DNA of 64,000 nt from a virus. A program made the position numbers and the translations under genes. Shown piece by piece: positions 19,924 to 29,740 of the stretch. The notes under the pieces were generated by a model that was not told where the DNA came from, made no database searches, and worked only from the letters and a program-made list of their open reading frames with translations. How positions within the stretch are numbered: the first letter of the stretch is position 1; each line of letters opens with the position of its first letter. Location of the stretch: IMG/VR virus record IMGVR_UViG_3300048854_000126, positions 32,001 to 96,000 of that record; one strand, written 5' to 3'.

Positions 19924-20531
19924 AGCGCCACGAAATCAAGCAACTCCTACTCGACCTGAACCCGCAGACAGTCGCCGAGCATTCGTGCTTCGACCACCAC
20001 GTTGTCGGCATGGACTACTTGTGCCTGCACCGCTCGGACAAGCTCACGGTCAAGCTGTATTTCATCGACCCGAAGCACATCAACGCGCCCGCTGGCGACG
20101 ATCTCGTCATCCCGCATACGCACCGCTATGCATTCGAGAGCACGGTCCTCGCTGGCAAGCTCGGGCACATGCAGTTCGAAGAGTGCGGCGCGACTGACCA
20201 CAACGCCGAAGAGGTCGAGCGCTTCACCTATGTGCCGGAGGCGAAGACGCGCATTGGCGGGCTGCAGGCGCACATTCGTTTGATCCAGTCGGTCGATCAC
20301 CGTAGCCACCTCAACCCGTCCTACTGGTGCGACACAAAGACGATCCACACCCTGGCCGTGCCGCGCGAGCAAGTGCTGCTTGGACTCGTGCAGTTCGCCG
20401 ATACCGTGCCGACGTCCCATGTTTATCTTGAGAAGGGCGGGGAGATGCGTTTTACCGAGCCCCGAACCATGAAGCCAATCGACGCATGGAACATGCGCAA
20501 CAAGGCGCTCGAAATGATGGAGCAAGGATGA
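19920..20531 (+). CDS. Cupin-like (HxH) protein
   Basis: PHTHRYAFESTVLAG and IHTL pattern typical of cupin metal sites. Confidence 0.5.
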   Translation: MKRHEIKQLLLDLNPQTVAEHSCFDHHVVGMDYLCLHRSDKLTVKLYFIDPKHINAPAGDDLVIPHTHRYAFESTVLAGKLGHMQFEECGATDHNAEEVERFTYVPEAKTRIGGLQAHIRLIQSVDHRSHLNPSYWCDTKTIHTLAVPREQVLLGLVQFADTVPTSHVYLEKGGEMRFTEPRTMKPIDAWNMRNKALEMMEQG

Positions 20532-21007
20532 GCAAAGCAAAAGTGAAGGTGATCGTGGAGGGTAAGGCGGGGTCGGGCGCACACAGCGTCGCGCGCCTCA
20601 TTGCAAATGCTTTGATCGCTCAAAACGCCGAAGTCCAGGTCAATGAGGATGAGGCCGATCTGTTCTCGAAGGCGCCGATCCGGACGATGGAAGGGCTTAC
20701 GGTTGACCTGAAGCACAAGCAACTGCCGCGTGTGAAATCCGACTTGCTGAAGGTCAAGTTATCTCAGGAGGAATGGACTGCGGTGCAGATCATCCGTGGT
20801 CGCCGGATGACGGGCCTCGTCGATCACAAGACTCAGGACGGGCTCTATTACTTCTGGTGCTGGGGCAGTCAACCCACGGGTGCCGACCGCGTGACGGGCA
20901 AGACGCCGCTCGAGGCTGCTGAAGCGCACATGAAGGTCTACGAGCGGTGGGAAGGTGGCACACAGCAAATGTCGATCACCCCAATACGAAAAGCGAGGGC
21001 AGCATGA
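20528..21007 (+). CDS. Hypothetical protein
   Basis: Coupled ORF. Confidence 0.6.
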   Translation: MSKAKVKVIVEGKAGSGAHSVARLIANALIAQNAEVQVNEDEADLFSKAPIRTMEGLTVDLKHKQLPRVKSDLLKVKLSQEEWTAVQIIRGRRMTGLVDHKTQDGLYYFWCWGSQPTGADRVTGKTPLEAAEAHMKVYERWEGGTQQMSITPIRKARAA

Positions 21008-21177
21008 CTCAGGACGAAATCGTTGTAACGATGCTTCACGGTGTAATCGCCCAGATGGAACCCGAACAGCAAAAGCAGATCCGTGACTACGCCGCCGAGC
21101 TGCGCGCGAAGGTTGCCGACAATCCGACCCTGGCAGTCGCCATCGGTCTGGTCTGCGCAGAGATAGCTGCGCAATAG
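21004..21177 (+). CDS. Small hypothetical protein
   Basis: GAGGG RBS, ATGA overlap. Confidence 0.55.
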   Translation: MTQDEIVVTMLHGVIAQMEPEQQKQIRDYAAELRAKVADNPTLAVAIGLVCAEIAAQ

Positions 21178-21185
21178 GAGGACCG

Positions 21186-21392
21186 ATGCGCCGTTACTTC
21201 CTCTGTTACACCTACTGGCGTGCGGACGGGCAGAGCACGCAGGGCGTCGCCTGCACCGAGATCGAGCGGGAGAAGCCGATTTACGGCTTCGAGGACGTCC
21301 GGGAGATCATCGCGCTGCTCAAAGAGCGCGGGAACTTCGAAAACGTGGTGGTCCACAGCTGGCAGCTTTTCGAGGGTCAGCCATGCTCGTGA
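21186..21392 (+). CDS. Small hypothetical protein
   Basis: AGGAGG RBS. Confidence 0.6.
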   Translation: MRRYFLCYTYWRADGQSTQGVACTEIEREKPIYGFEDVREIIALLKERGNFENVVVHSWQLFEGQPCS

Positions 21393-22096
21393 CCGTGATC
21401 GCTGACGCATCGTATGACCACGGCACGCGCGCCGGCGGGTTCGGTTACTGGGCAGTGTCACAACGCAAGCGCCAGAGCGGTGGTGGCCCGTTTAAATCGC
21501 TCTCGCGCAACAACAACGTCGCCGAGATGATGGCGCTGATGAACGGCGTGCACATGGCGTTCGTTCACGGTGTCGCTTTCCCGGGCGACGCAATCCTCGC
21601 GCAAACCGACTGCACCGCGGCGATCCTGGCATTCGAGGGTAAGCGTGTCCTGATGAACGACGAGAAAATTCTGGTCGAAGGGCTGCAAACGCTTTTAAAG
21701 CTTAAGGGCGCGACGATCCGGTTCAAGCACGTCAAGGGCCATACGAACGGGGCCGAGCCCCGCCTATGGGTCAATAACGCGTGTGATGCGGTCGCAAAAC
21801 GGGGAATGCACGCCGCGCGGGACCGGGCGCGCACTGAGCGCATGCCTTTGCTTAGTGAGGTGCCAACGCCGCCGAAGCCAGTCAAGTCGCCCGAGCAGCG
21901 CGCCGAAAAGCGTGCGCAGAAGCAGGTGATCCGCAAGCAGGATCAACAAAACCGGCGCACTTTCGCCTTCAATCAAAAGGAGTGGGAATCGTATGTCCTG
22001 GACCCCGAGCTTTCATCAATTCCGCCTTGGGCGGAACAAGAGCTACCTGAACAGCGTGTGGCTGGGAACGATCTGGTCGGCGCTCACGCTGCCTGA
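21383..22096 (+). CDS. RNase H-like nuclease
   Basis: IADAS, NNVAEMMA, QTDC, HVKGH, NNACD motifs. Confidence 0.8.
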   Translation: MLVTVIADASYDHGTRAGGFGYWAVSQRKRQSGGGPFKSLSRNNNVAEMMALMNGVHMAFVHGVAFPGDAILAQTDCTAAILAFEGKRVLMNDEKILVEGLQTLLKLKGATIRFKHVKGHTNGAEPRLWVNNACDAVAKRGMHAARDRARTERMPLLSEVPTPPKPVKSPEQRAEKRAQKQVIRKQDQQNRRTFAFNQKEWESYVLDPELSSIPPWAEQELPEQRVAGNDLVGAHAA

Positions 22097-22262
22097 GATC
22101 CTGCTGTTCAGCTTCATCGTGCCCAGTTGCTACCGCCCGCGCACGGCCCTCGTGCGTGTGTGGGCAACGCTCGTGCTCGTCGTGAAGTTGCCCGTCTTCG
22201 GGTTGCTCGGTGGTGTGAAGAGCGAGGACGTGTCGGTCGACGAAATGATGTCGCAGACTGGT

Positions 22263-22595
22263 CTAGGTCGGGCTGCGGAAGGAGGGACGTGCGAGTAAAG
22301 ACTTCGAGGCAATGATGGAGCTTGCCTCCATCTCAGGCCTTTCCCCATCAATCCTTCTATTGGCGTCAAGCAATCGGTCAATCGTGCGGCGAGCCTGCTT
22401 AAGTGCTTGCTCGATCACTCGCTCCGCGGTTGCGCAGTCGACAGATCTCAAGGCATCGGGCGGGATCGGTGTCTGTCTGTTTTGCCCTTTTATACCGATC
22501 GTCAATCGCATGACCATCGGGGGTTCACCGTCCGTATCTGCGACATCGACGTTAATATCGAATGCTCGATAAGTCTCACTATGCGTTTGCGCCAT
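22263..22595 (-). CDS. Hypothetical moron protein
   Basis: Reverse-strand ATG ORF in lower-GC island. Confidence 0.45.
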   Translation of the reverse strand: MAQTHSETYRAFDINVDVADTDGEPPMVMRLTIGIKGQNRQTPIPPDALRSVDCATAERVIEQALKQARRTIDRLLDANRRIDGERPEMEASSIIASKSLLARPSFRSPT

Positions 22596-22681
22596 CGATG
22601 TCGTCTCGGTTATTGCAATAATCCTACCATGGCGCAGCGCGTAAATGTGTTGTAAACGCAGACATTAGGGTTCCTCTTAGT

Positions 22682-22891
22682 TTAATGACTATCGCACCAT
22701 TTCTCGGCCCAAAAGCGCGCGAATCCGAGAGCAAGCGCTTCTGTATCAAAAGAACGAAGGTAGCCCGACTTGGTTCCGCTCGCTTCCAGGCCAACAGATG
22801 CGGGCCGCGAGATTGTCGCTTGTCCTAAAAAGCCACCGGCAGTTTGGGATACGCAGCACTCGACGTTGAACGAGTCGTATTTAAAATGCAT
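22682..22891 (-). CDS. Small hypothetical moron protein
   Basis: Strong AGGAGG RBS on minus strand. Confidence 0.6.
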   Translation of the reverse strand: MHFKYDSFNVECCVSQTAGGFLGQATISRPASVGLEASGTKSGYLRSFDTEALALGFARFWAEKWCDSH

Positions 22892-23100
22892 GAATCCTCC
22901 TATTTAAGGAAATTTCAGTATGCGCCTATTAAATTGCGGCGGCAGAGCCTTTGAGAGAATCGCGTCAAGGCGTTCGAATCTTGAGGGGTTCATCGCTGTT
23001 AGTCGCGAGACGCATGTCATCCACGGTGCGGAAATCGTTGAACAGGCAAATGAGACAGGAGTGGCATTAACATTCGCCACCAGACTCTAAAGGCTGTGAC

Positions 23101-23286
23101 ATGAACAAGGCTTACGCGTCGGTGGTAGTTCTCGTCTGGTTCGGAGCATCCGCCGTTATCTACGATTTTTTGGATGGGGCCGGCGACTACGATGTCGTGA
23201 TGTCGCTCCTATTAGGAGCGGGGGCGACTTGGCTTCCCATCACTGTCTATGAAATTTGCTCCAACCGGGACGGTCCTGGTAAATGA
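23101..23286 (+). CDS. Small two-helix membrane protein
   Basis: Two hydrophobic segments. Confidence 0.45.
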   Translation: MNKAYASVVVLVWFGASAVIYDFLDGAGDYDVVMSLLLGAGATWLPITVYEICSNRDGPGK

Positions 23287-23347
23287 CAACCGGGAAGATC
23301 CCGGACACTGCGGGAAGTTTGCCGCGCCTCGAAAAAAGGAGTTGAAC

Positions 23348-23821
23348 ATGCAATTCGTCAACCGCAATGGCGTGACCATTCCGGGCCCCACTTGGGAAGA
23401 GCTCCAGGCAAATCACGAATATCGATATTTCCGGCAGTTCGAGAACGAGAAGATCCACGCGTCGTGTGAGTGGCTGGGCCTCGCCAAGAACGTTAAGACC
23501 ATTCCCCGCAAGCACTGGAAGCTCTACCGGTTGAACGTGGAGAACATCGTCACCACTGACGGCGAGGGGCGGCCGCTTGGTGCATCGCGCCGCTCGATTG
23601 ATCCGCAAGTCACGCGTGAGTTTCGCACCGAGCAGGAGTGCATCGACGCCTACGAGGACTTGCTCGTGCGTTACGCCGGCTGCGAATGGCTGCCGTCCAG
23701 CACGGGCGAGACCGGTCGCCAGTTTGTCGAGAAGGGCAACGTGCTCGTTCCTCCGTCGCCCGATGTGCCCGACACGCGCGGTATGGATAAGGACATCGCG
23801 GACCTGGCAGGGAGTTGGTGA
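23348..23821 (+). CDS. Hypothetical protein ending in LAGSW
   Basis: AAGGAG RBS before ATG 23348. Confidence 0.7.
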   Translation: MQFVNRNGVTIPGPTWEELQANHEYRYFRQFENEKIHASCEWLGLAKNVKTIPRKHWKLYRLNVENIVTTDGEGRPLGASRRSIDPQVTREFRTEQECIDAYEDLLVRYAGCEWLPSSTGETGRQFVEKGNVLVPPSPDVPDTRGMDKDIADLAGSW

Positions 23822-24051
23822 TGAAGAAGTTCCTGCTATTTGTTGGTATGGACGTCACCGCGTTAGGCGGGTGGCACGACCTGTCGGACTCGTTCGATCA
23901 GTGTGATGATGCGGTCCGGCGGGGCGTAATGCTTTGCGATGGCACGAACCACAGCGACGATCCGCTATCTGACTTCTTCCACGTCTATGACTGGTGGCAT
24001 GTTGTCGACGTAAGCAGAGGGGAAATTGTCAAACAGGGCAGTGCCAACTGA
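23821..24051 (+). CDS. Small hypothetical protein
   Basis: TGATG coupling; GGWHD ... WWHVVD pattern. Confidence 0.6.
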   Translation: MKKFLLFVGMDVTALGGWHDLSDSFDQCDDAVRRGVMLCDGTNHSDDPLSDFFHVYDWWHVVDVSRGEIVKQGSAN

Positions 24052-24068
24052 TGACCTAATGCGACGAA

Positions 24069-24308
24069 GTGGCCAGGGCGATGATCGACGGCTACATCGA
24101 ATGGCTGGACCGCCAGGCGCGTATCAGGTCGTCCTCATCGGTCAATGCCTACGTGCGTCTGCAAATGCCGGATGAGAGCGAGACGGTGCGATCCAATGTC
24201 GGCGATGCCCTTTACGAAAGAGCGAAGGCGCGGGCACGTGGCGAGAGCAAAGCCAATGCGCCAAGCGATGATAGCGATAGTTCGGACCCGCTGGCGGGAA
24301 GCTGGTAG
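24069..24308 (+). CDS. Small hypothetical protein ending in LAGSW
   Basis: ORF with same C-terminal tail as 23348-23821. Confidence 0.5.
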   Translation: MARAMIDGYIEWLDRQARIRSSSSVNAYVRLQMPDESETVRSNVGDALYERAKARARGESKANAPSDDSDSSDPLAGSW

Positions 24309-24349
24309 GATGAATTGCCGTTTCTCAGAACGGCACAGCGTGGTAAAAA

Positions 24350-24378
24350 TTGGGGCACCTTCGGGTGCCCATTTTTTA
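24350..24378. terminator. Probable bidirectional terminator
   Basis: TGGGGCACC-TTCG-GGTGCCCCA followed by T-run, between convergent genes. Confidence 0.7.
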
Positions 24379-24633
24379 TTCTATCGCCGCGCCTCTGTCC
24401 GTGAGAATGAAGTTTTTTGGTATCGAATCTTGCTGGACTGTGAATAAATCGTTTGCTTCCGCGTATTTCAAGGCTGCATCGAACTCCTCATCGCCGAATT
24501 CTCCATCAGCGTCATGCCACTGCGACAAGACGCTGTTTGCTGCAAGGCGCATGCCGGCCACCCAGTTAAACTTCGACTTGCAACGACGGATCATCTCTTC
24601 GGCGCATTCTTGCGGGGTGTGCTTCAGTGCCAT
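24376..24633 (-). CDS. Hypothetical protein
   Basis: AGGAG RBS on minus strand. Confidence 0.55.
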   Translation of the reverse strand: MALKHTPQECAEEMIRRCKSKFNWVAGMRLAANSVLSQWHDADGEFGDEEFDAALKYAEANDLFTVQQDSIPKNFILTDRGAAIE

Positions 24634-24915
24634 TTTTTGTCTCCTGTTAAAAGGTGCTCAATATATCGCTTTCCCCTCCAGAATAATTTAATCAATCGCA
24701 TGCGCGCGCACTCCCATATAGCGAGAAAGCATCCAAGAGCGCAGGCTCAGCGCCACTAAGTGGTCAATAGAATTTCAATTGTCGATGCAACGCAACGACG
24801 CAGCAGGGAAGGGTCAGAAAGCATCCTGACCCACGCGATACGCGCCTCATCCCTGTCTGCAAAATTGATTCTGACGCGAACGAACGCGTTACCACTCACT
24901 CAGGGAGAACCCGAA

Positions 24916-25953
24916 ATGCAAGTCACGAACAAGCCCCGCCGCGCCTCGAAGAAAGTCATCGCCGCAACGGTCGAAGTGAACATGTTGGGCGCGGGCACTG
25001 CCGCTGCAGCACCGATGGACCCGGAGCTCGCTGCACTGCTGAACGTTCTCAACGATCCGAGCGAAGAGTCCGCCGGGCTGGAGCTGGTCGAGCAAACGAA
25101 CGCTGCGCCGAGCGATGACATCATCGAGCAGTCCGTTGTCGAATCGCTCGACGTCAGCGCCGCGCCGGTGGTCGTGATCGAACAGCACGCCGAGCCTCAG
25201 ACGCATGAAGTCGAAGCCGCGGTTGCTGGCCTCGAAGTCGCCGAAGCATATGCACTGACGCCCGCTGACGCAGCGCCGCTCGAAGGTGCCAGCGCCCATG
25301 AACTCGAAGCTGAGCGCCTGCTTGCTGAAGAAGCGCTGATCCAGTCGAGCACGGTCGAGAATGCGGAACCCGCTGCGGGCGATGAAGCAGGCACCGCGCC
25401 GAAGAAGGAACGCACGCCGCGTGTGCACTACGCCAACAAGACCGACCGCATCAAGGCGCGTCTGGGTGCGCAGTTGGGAGACTACCTCGTGCTGGAGCTC
25501 GATGACGCCGCACTCGAGGGCGATGCGCTGAAGGCCAAGCAAGATGAAACGCTCGCCGTGATCGACGGTATGGCAGAGAAGGTCAAGAACCGCGCGTCGC
25601 TCCTCATCGACTGGTTGTCGGGCAAGACCGGGAAGCCGAACGAAATCCTTAAGCGCGCGCTTGATGTGCTCGCCGCAGACGGGAAGATCCAGACGGGCGA
25701 CAATGGCAATCTTCACAAGAATTTGCTGTCGAAGCCGTATTCCCCGAGCGCAGCGCGTGCGATGGGCCGCAACACCGTGACTGTCATGGAGAAGACGAAG
25801 ATGATCGTCCAGTCGGGCAAGGGCGAGTTCGTGCCGAACCCTAGCTCGCTGTTCCTGGCGATGGCGAACGAAATGGTGAAGCCGGCAGCCGGTCCGGCTG
25901 CGACAACCGTCGTCGAGGAAACGAAGGTCGAAGAAACGTCGGCGGCCGAATGA
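24916..25953 (+). CDS. Hypothetical protein, acidic low-complexity N-half and basic C-domain
   Basis: GGGAG RBS before ATG 24916; followed by GC hairpin. Confidence 0.75.
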   Translation: MQVTNKPRRASKKVIAATVEVNMLGAGTAAAAPMDPELAALLNVLNDPSEESAGLELVEQTNAAPSDDIIEQSVVESLDVSAAPVVVIEQHAEPQTHEVEAAVAGLEVAEAYALTPADAAPLEGASAHELEAERLLAEEALIQSSTVENAEPAAGDEAGTAPKKERTPRVHYANKTDRIKARLGAQLGDYLVLELDDAALEGDALKAKQDETLAVIDGMAEKVKNRASLLIDWLSGKTGKPNEILKRALDVLAADGKIQTGDNGNLHKNLLSKPYSPSAARAMGRNTVTVMEKTKMIVQSGKGEFVPNPSSLFLAMANEMVKPAAGPAATTVVEETKVEETSAAE

Positions 25954-26232
25954 AGGCGGGCAGGGCGGGCTTCGGCCCGCTTTGTTGCCCACGGTGCAAC
26001 GCCGTGGCAGGTATCAGCGTGCCACCCCTCCCGTATTACCCCTTCCCATAACGTCAATCGTCTATCTACGAGTAGGCCCGGGTGCGGCAGTTCGGTAAAA
26101 AGTTGCACCGTTCGCGCAACTTCTTGCAGAAACCCAGAGGGCCAGGGTTCGGCGTGCCTATACTGGAATAGTAAGCAATGACTAATCATTGCCTCGCTTT
26201 CATAGCGACAATTTAGTCACCGAAACGACCCA

Positions 26233-26889
26233 ATGAGCACCGCAATGATCGTCCGAACGCTTACCTGTGCCGAACACAAAGACTATGGATTCATGGGCTG
26301 GCGCCCGAACTGGATTCCGCACTTCGACCCTTCATCCGGGCTGGGTGTCGCGCATGACGTCCTTGAACACGCACGCCGTGATCCGGGAACGATCGAGTCC
26401 GAATTCCAAGCGTTCGGCGCGATCGTCTGGTTGCGCGGCGAGAGCGGCTGGTTCTACGAGCACCGCCCGCACGCGTCCGATATCGCCTGGCAGATGGCGA
26501 GCGACTTCATGCAGCAAGCCGAGTATCTCGACGGCGAAGGTCGAAAGCTGCATCGCGCGCCGAAGACCCGGCCGCTTGCCTACGACGGTGCGGAAGACAT
26601 GGTGCAGCGCTGCGTCACGAAAGGCTTGGCGTTGATCCGCTCCGAGCATGAGGACGGCTACCTGCATGGGCTGATCGACCGCGAGTCGGCAGTGAGTTAC
26701 ATGCGCATGGGTTATCGCGCCGCCGAGCGCCGGCTTGGCGACAGTTGCGGGGCGGCCAGTCTGTTCGACCGCATCTCGGAGGGCGCTGATCGCCACCTGA
26801 AGAACGCGGAGCCCGGCATGGAGCTCACGTTGCGCGTCGATACGCGTGCCTTCCGGGTGCAGATGGACGTCGATTACCCGAACGACTAA
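26233..26889 (+). CDS. Hypothetical protein
   Basis: ATG ORF after TATACT promoter-like site; HDVLEH motif. Confidence 0.7.
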   Translation: MSTAMIVRTLTCAEHKDYGFMGWRPNWIPHFDPSSGLGVAHDVLEHARRDPGTIESEFQAFGAIVWLRGESGWFYEHRPHASDIAWQMASDFMQQAEYLDGEGRKLHRAPKTRPLAYDGAEDMVQRCVTKGLALIRSEHEDGYLHGLIDRESAVSYMRMGYRAAERRLGDSCGAASLFDRISEGADRHLKNAEPGMELTLRVDTRAFRVQMDVDYPND

Positions 26890-26922
26890 TCCGACCGGGC
26901 GCCATGCGCCCGTTTCGAGAAT
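26889..26922 (+). promoter_or_regulatory. ATCC-N24(hairpin)-GAGAAT element
   Basis: Stem CGGGCGC/GCGCCCG; ACATCG downstream. Confidence 0.6.
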
Positions 26923-26952
26923 AACCACATCGCAATCATCACGGGACCAACC

Positions 26953-27573
26953 ATGTCCAACCTGAATTATCAGCAGCGCGCTGAAGAAATCGCCGCGCTC
27001 ATGAAGGGTCGCATTGAGCATCAATCCCCCGAATCTCCGCAGCCCAATCGCCTCCGCTTGCTTCTGCCCGAGACGGGTGTGCCCAATGCCAAGTTGTCGC
27101 TCGCATTCTCGCCTTACAACGCGAAGGGCCGCTTGGTCGTGACCTGCCTGTTTCCGAACTGCCCGGACTATGGGCCTGTGAACGCCAACACATTTGTGAG
27201 TGCACGTGACCTCGAGGCGGTCAACTACACCTCCTCGATCTCGATGGCCGAAAGCAAGTCGGCTGAACAAATGGTCCGCGACATCGAGCGCCGCTTGCTG
27301 CGTGGTTACCTGCAAGCGCTTGCGGCCACGAACAAAGGCATCGCCGAACGCGTGAAGGAGATCCACAAGAAGTCGCAGCTCATTAAGCGGCTCGCCGACA
27401 TCGCCGGTCAGCACTTAACGGAAGAGCAAGTGAAGCGCGAGCGCATCCACGTTTATGACGGCTCGCGCTCGATGGACATCGATCTGTCCGGCGAAAAGGT
27501 CCGCGTCGAAATGCGCTGGATATCGCCTGAGTTGGCCGAGAAAGTGATCCTGCTTTTCAACGAGAACGCGTAA
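26953..27573 (+). CDS. Hypothetical protein
   Basis: ORF directly after promoter element. Confidence 0.7.
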   Translation: MSNLNYQQRAEEIAALMKGRIEHQSPESPQPNRLRLLLPETGVPNAKLSLAFSPYNAKGRLVVTCLFPNCPDYGPVNANTFVSARDLEAVNYTSSISMAESKSAEQMVRDIERRLLRGYLQALAATNKGIAERVKEIHKKSQLIKRLADIAGQHLTEEQVKRERIHVYDGSRSMDIDLSGEKVRVEMRWISPELAEKVILLFNENA

Positions 27574-27577
27574 TCGC

Positions 27578-27611
27578 ATCCGCATGAGCGCCTACGGGCG
27601 CTCGGGAAAAT
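27578..27611 (+). promoter_or_regulatory. ATCC-N24(hairpin)-GAAAAT element
   Basis: Stem GAGCGCC/GGCGCTC; ACATCGA downstream. Confidence 0.6.
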
Positions 27612-27644
27612 CAATACATCGACAACAAACGCGAGAGCGAAACG

Positions 27645-28190
27645 ATGAACACCGTGCCTACCCTGCAAAACGATGCGCCGTATGCCTACGCCTTTGCGCG
27701 CGCCGAGCATGACTTTGCCGAAATCAAGATCGCGCTGCGCCGCATTGTGACGGGCTCCTTCAGCTATCTGTTTTCGTCGGAGCTGGTGATGCGCTGCTAT
27801 GTGAGCCGCGAGTTCGACACGCCTTATGGCGTGAAATTGGTGCTCGACGGCGGTCATCAGATGGAGATGGCCGAGCTCACCGCCGCAATGAAGGTGATGA
27901 CGTCGATCGCCAAGAAGCTCAAGAAGATGGAGGACGAGCTCGGTTACACGAACGACCGTGATCTGCCTGAGTTCGCGCGCCGCGTGCTGGTCGCATCGGG
28001 CATCCGGACGGTGTTCTACGAGCGGAAGTTCAATCAGGGCGCCGTCGATCGCAACGGGCTGACACTCAAGGATGGGATTTTCGGGCTGCCGAGCGTCGAT
28101 CCGCGCGATGGGAAGGACTTCCTCTTTGCGATTCGCGGGCTCACCGACGACACCCTGGAGAAGCGGGGCATGAAGAAGGAGCCGGCATGA
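27645..28190 (+). CDS. Hypothetical protein
   Basis: ORF directly after promoter element. Confidence 0.7.
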   Translation: MNTVPTLQNDAPYAYAFARAEHDFAEIKIALRRIVTGSFSYLFSSELVMRCYVSREFDTPYGVKLVLDGGHQMEMAELTAAMKVMTSIAKKLKKMEDELGYTNDRDLPEFARRVLVASGIRTVFYERKFNQGAVDRNGLTLKDGIFGLPSVDPRDGKDFLFAIRGLTDDTLEKRGMKKEPA

Positions 28191-28627
28191 GCACGGCCGC
28201 ACAGCAGGTCCAGATGTTCTACGACGCGGTGAGCCGCGCGGGCGAAGTCAACGTGACCTTCCTCGATCTGGTGAAGGACGGGATGACACGCGAGGAGCTC
28301 GCCAAGAACATCGCGCGCCGACCGAGCCTCTGGCAGCGGTTCGAGCATTGGTTGCCGCTGCTGCCTAGCATCCCGCCGGCTATCCACGATCGCCCGCTCG
28401 CTGCGGAAGGGCTACTCAGCTACCGATGCAAGGGCCGCTACGGCTGGATCATGATCGGCGCAAAAGATCATGACGACGCCATGCGTGAAGCTCGCCGCAG
28501 TAGCAACGACGTCACGGAAGCGGCCCTCGAAATCTGGGACGGCGAGCGTTACGTCCCGGTAGCCCGTGCGAGCCGAGAACCATTCCCAGCGGTCCTCGAG
28601 CGTGCCATCGCATGCTCGGGAAAATGA
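28187..28627 (+). CDS. Hypothetical protein, possibly two fused small domains
   Basis: AAGGAG RBS, ATGA overlap. Confidence 0.65.
   Translation: MSTAAQQVQMFYDAVSRAGEVNVTFLDLVKDGMTREELAKNIARRPSLWQRFEHWLPLLPSIPPAIHDRPLAAEGLLSYRCKGRYGWIMIGAKDHDDAMREARRSSNDVTEAALEIWDGERYVPVARASREPFPAVLERAIACSGK
28592..28625 (+). promoter_or_regulatory. GTCC-N24(hairpin)-GAAAAT element
   Basis: Stem CGAGCGTGC/GCATGCTCG; ACATCGA downstream. Confidence 0.55.
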
Positions 28628-28659
28628 AGACATCGATAACGCACACAGGGAGTGCAGAC

Positions 28660-28980
28660 ATGGCAAAAGCTAAGACCCCGCTCTATCTCATCAACCTCGA
28701 AGGGGGCGGCGACACGGATATCACCGTGGTGAACAAGGATGTGTTCGATTGGATCGGGAGCGACTTTAGTTGCAACGCCGGGGAATACAGCCGGGACGAA
28801 ACCATTCCCGGCACCGACGTCGTGGTGAATGTGACCTGCGGCAGCTTCGACAACGATCGTGCGCTGGCCGCCTCCGCGCACTTCACCGAGCAGGGATTCA
28901 GCACGATCAAAGCGGCACTCGCCTACATCAAGGAACAACGTGGCGAGTTGGCTGACGAGTATCACGGCTGCATCTATTGA
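28660..28980 (+). CDS. Hypothetical protein
   Basis: GGGAG RBS. Confidence 0.7.
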   Translation: MAKAKTPLYLINLEGGGDTDITVVNKDVFDWIGSDFSCNAGEYSRDETIPGTDVVVNVTCGSFDNDRALAASAHFTEQGFSTIKAALAYIKEQRGELADEYHGCIY

Positions 28981-28989
28981 ACAGCACGC

Positions 28990-29023
28990 ATCCTCCCGAG
29001 CTCCACAGCGTGCTCGGGAGAAT
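28990..29023 (+). promoter_or_regulatory. ATCC-N24(hairpin)-GAGAAT element
   Basis: Stem TCCCGAGC/GCTCGGGA; ACATCGA downstream. Confidence 0.6.
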
Positions 29024-29066
29024 GAACACATCGAAACAAAGCGCATAAGCGCGAGAGAGAAGAGCG

Positions 29067-29399
29067 ATGGAATGGATCATTACGAAGGACTTGATCGCCG
29101 AGCCCGGTGAGAAGACGCGCGTTGGATACGGCGCGTTGATGAGCGCCACCGTGCTGATGCTTCCGCCCAAGGGTGCACCAGACCGCCGTGCTGCGAAAGA
29201 AGCGTATGTCGCCACGCTGCCGTATGAGTTCCGCCTGTATGACGACGATAACGTCCTCTACTACGAGGGCCGTTGCGGGGATATCACCAACGTGGGCGAG
29301 GAAGAGGCGTTCGCTCCGCAAGACTGGGCGATGAACGATGCCGGCTGCACCTCCACACAGTATCGCAAGGTCGGCGCGAGCAAATGGGAGGATCTGTAA
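29067..29399 (+). CDS. Hypothetical protein
   Basis: FRLYDDD..YYEG motif seen in small phage proteins. Confidence 0.7.
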   Translation: MEWIITKDLIAEPGEKTRVGYGALMSATVLMLPPKGAPDRRAAKEAYVATLPYEFRLYDDDNVLYYEGRCGDITNVGEEEAFAPQDWAMNDAGCTSTQYRKVGASKWEDL

Positions 29400-29740
29400 T
29401 GGCTATCAAGATCATCGAAGCCGTGCGCAACATGATCGTCGCCGCCCGCGCTCACGACGCGACGCTGAACGATCCGCTTGGTGACGGGTCGGGCTCCGAG
29501 TCGCAGGCGCCCGAAGGCTGCGACTACAACATCCTGCTCGGCGAGATCGAGAAGGTGGCGCTGGAACTTGCCGAGATGACTTTCGCCACGCCCGAGCAGT
29601 TGACCGCTGCACGCGCCGCGTATGCACTGCGCAGCGACGACAACCTGGAGATCGACGAAGAGGCGCTCGTCTCGGAAGGCGAGGGCGGCGTCTGGGTCCA
29701 AGCCTGGGTGTGGATGTCGGACGAGGAGATGCCGCAATGA
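29399..29740 (+). CDS. Acidic hypothetical protein
   Basis: TAATG coupling; GVWVQAWVW end. Confidence 0.7.
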   Translation: MAIKIIEAVRNMIVAARAHDATLNDPLGDGSGSESQAPEGCDYNILLGEIEKVALELAEMTFATPEQLTAARAAYALRSDDNLEIDEEALVSEGEGGVWVQAWVWMSDEEMPQ

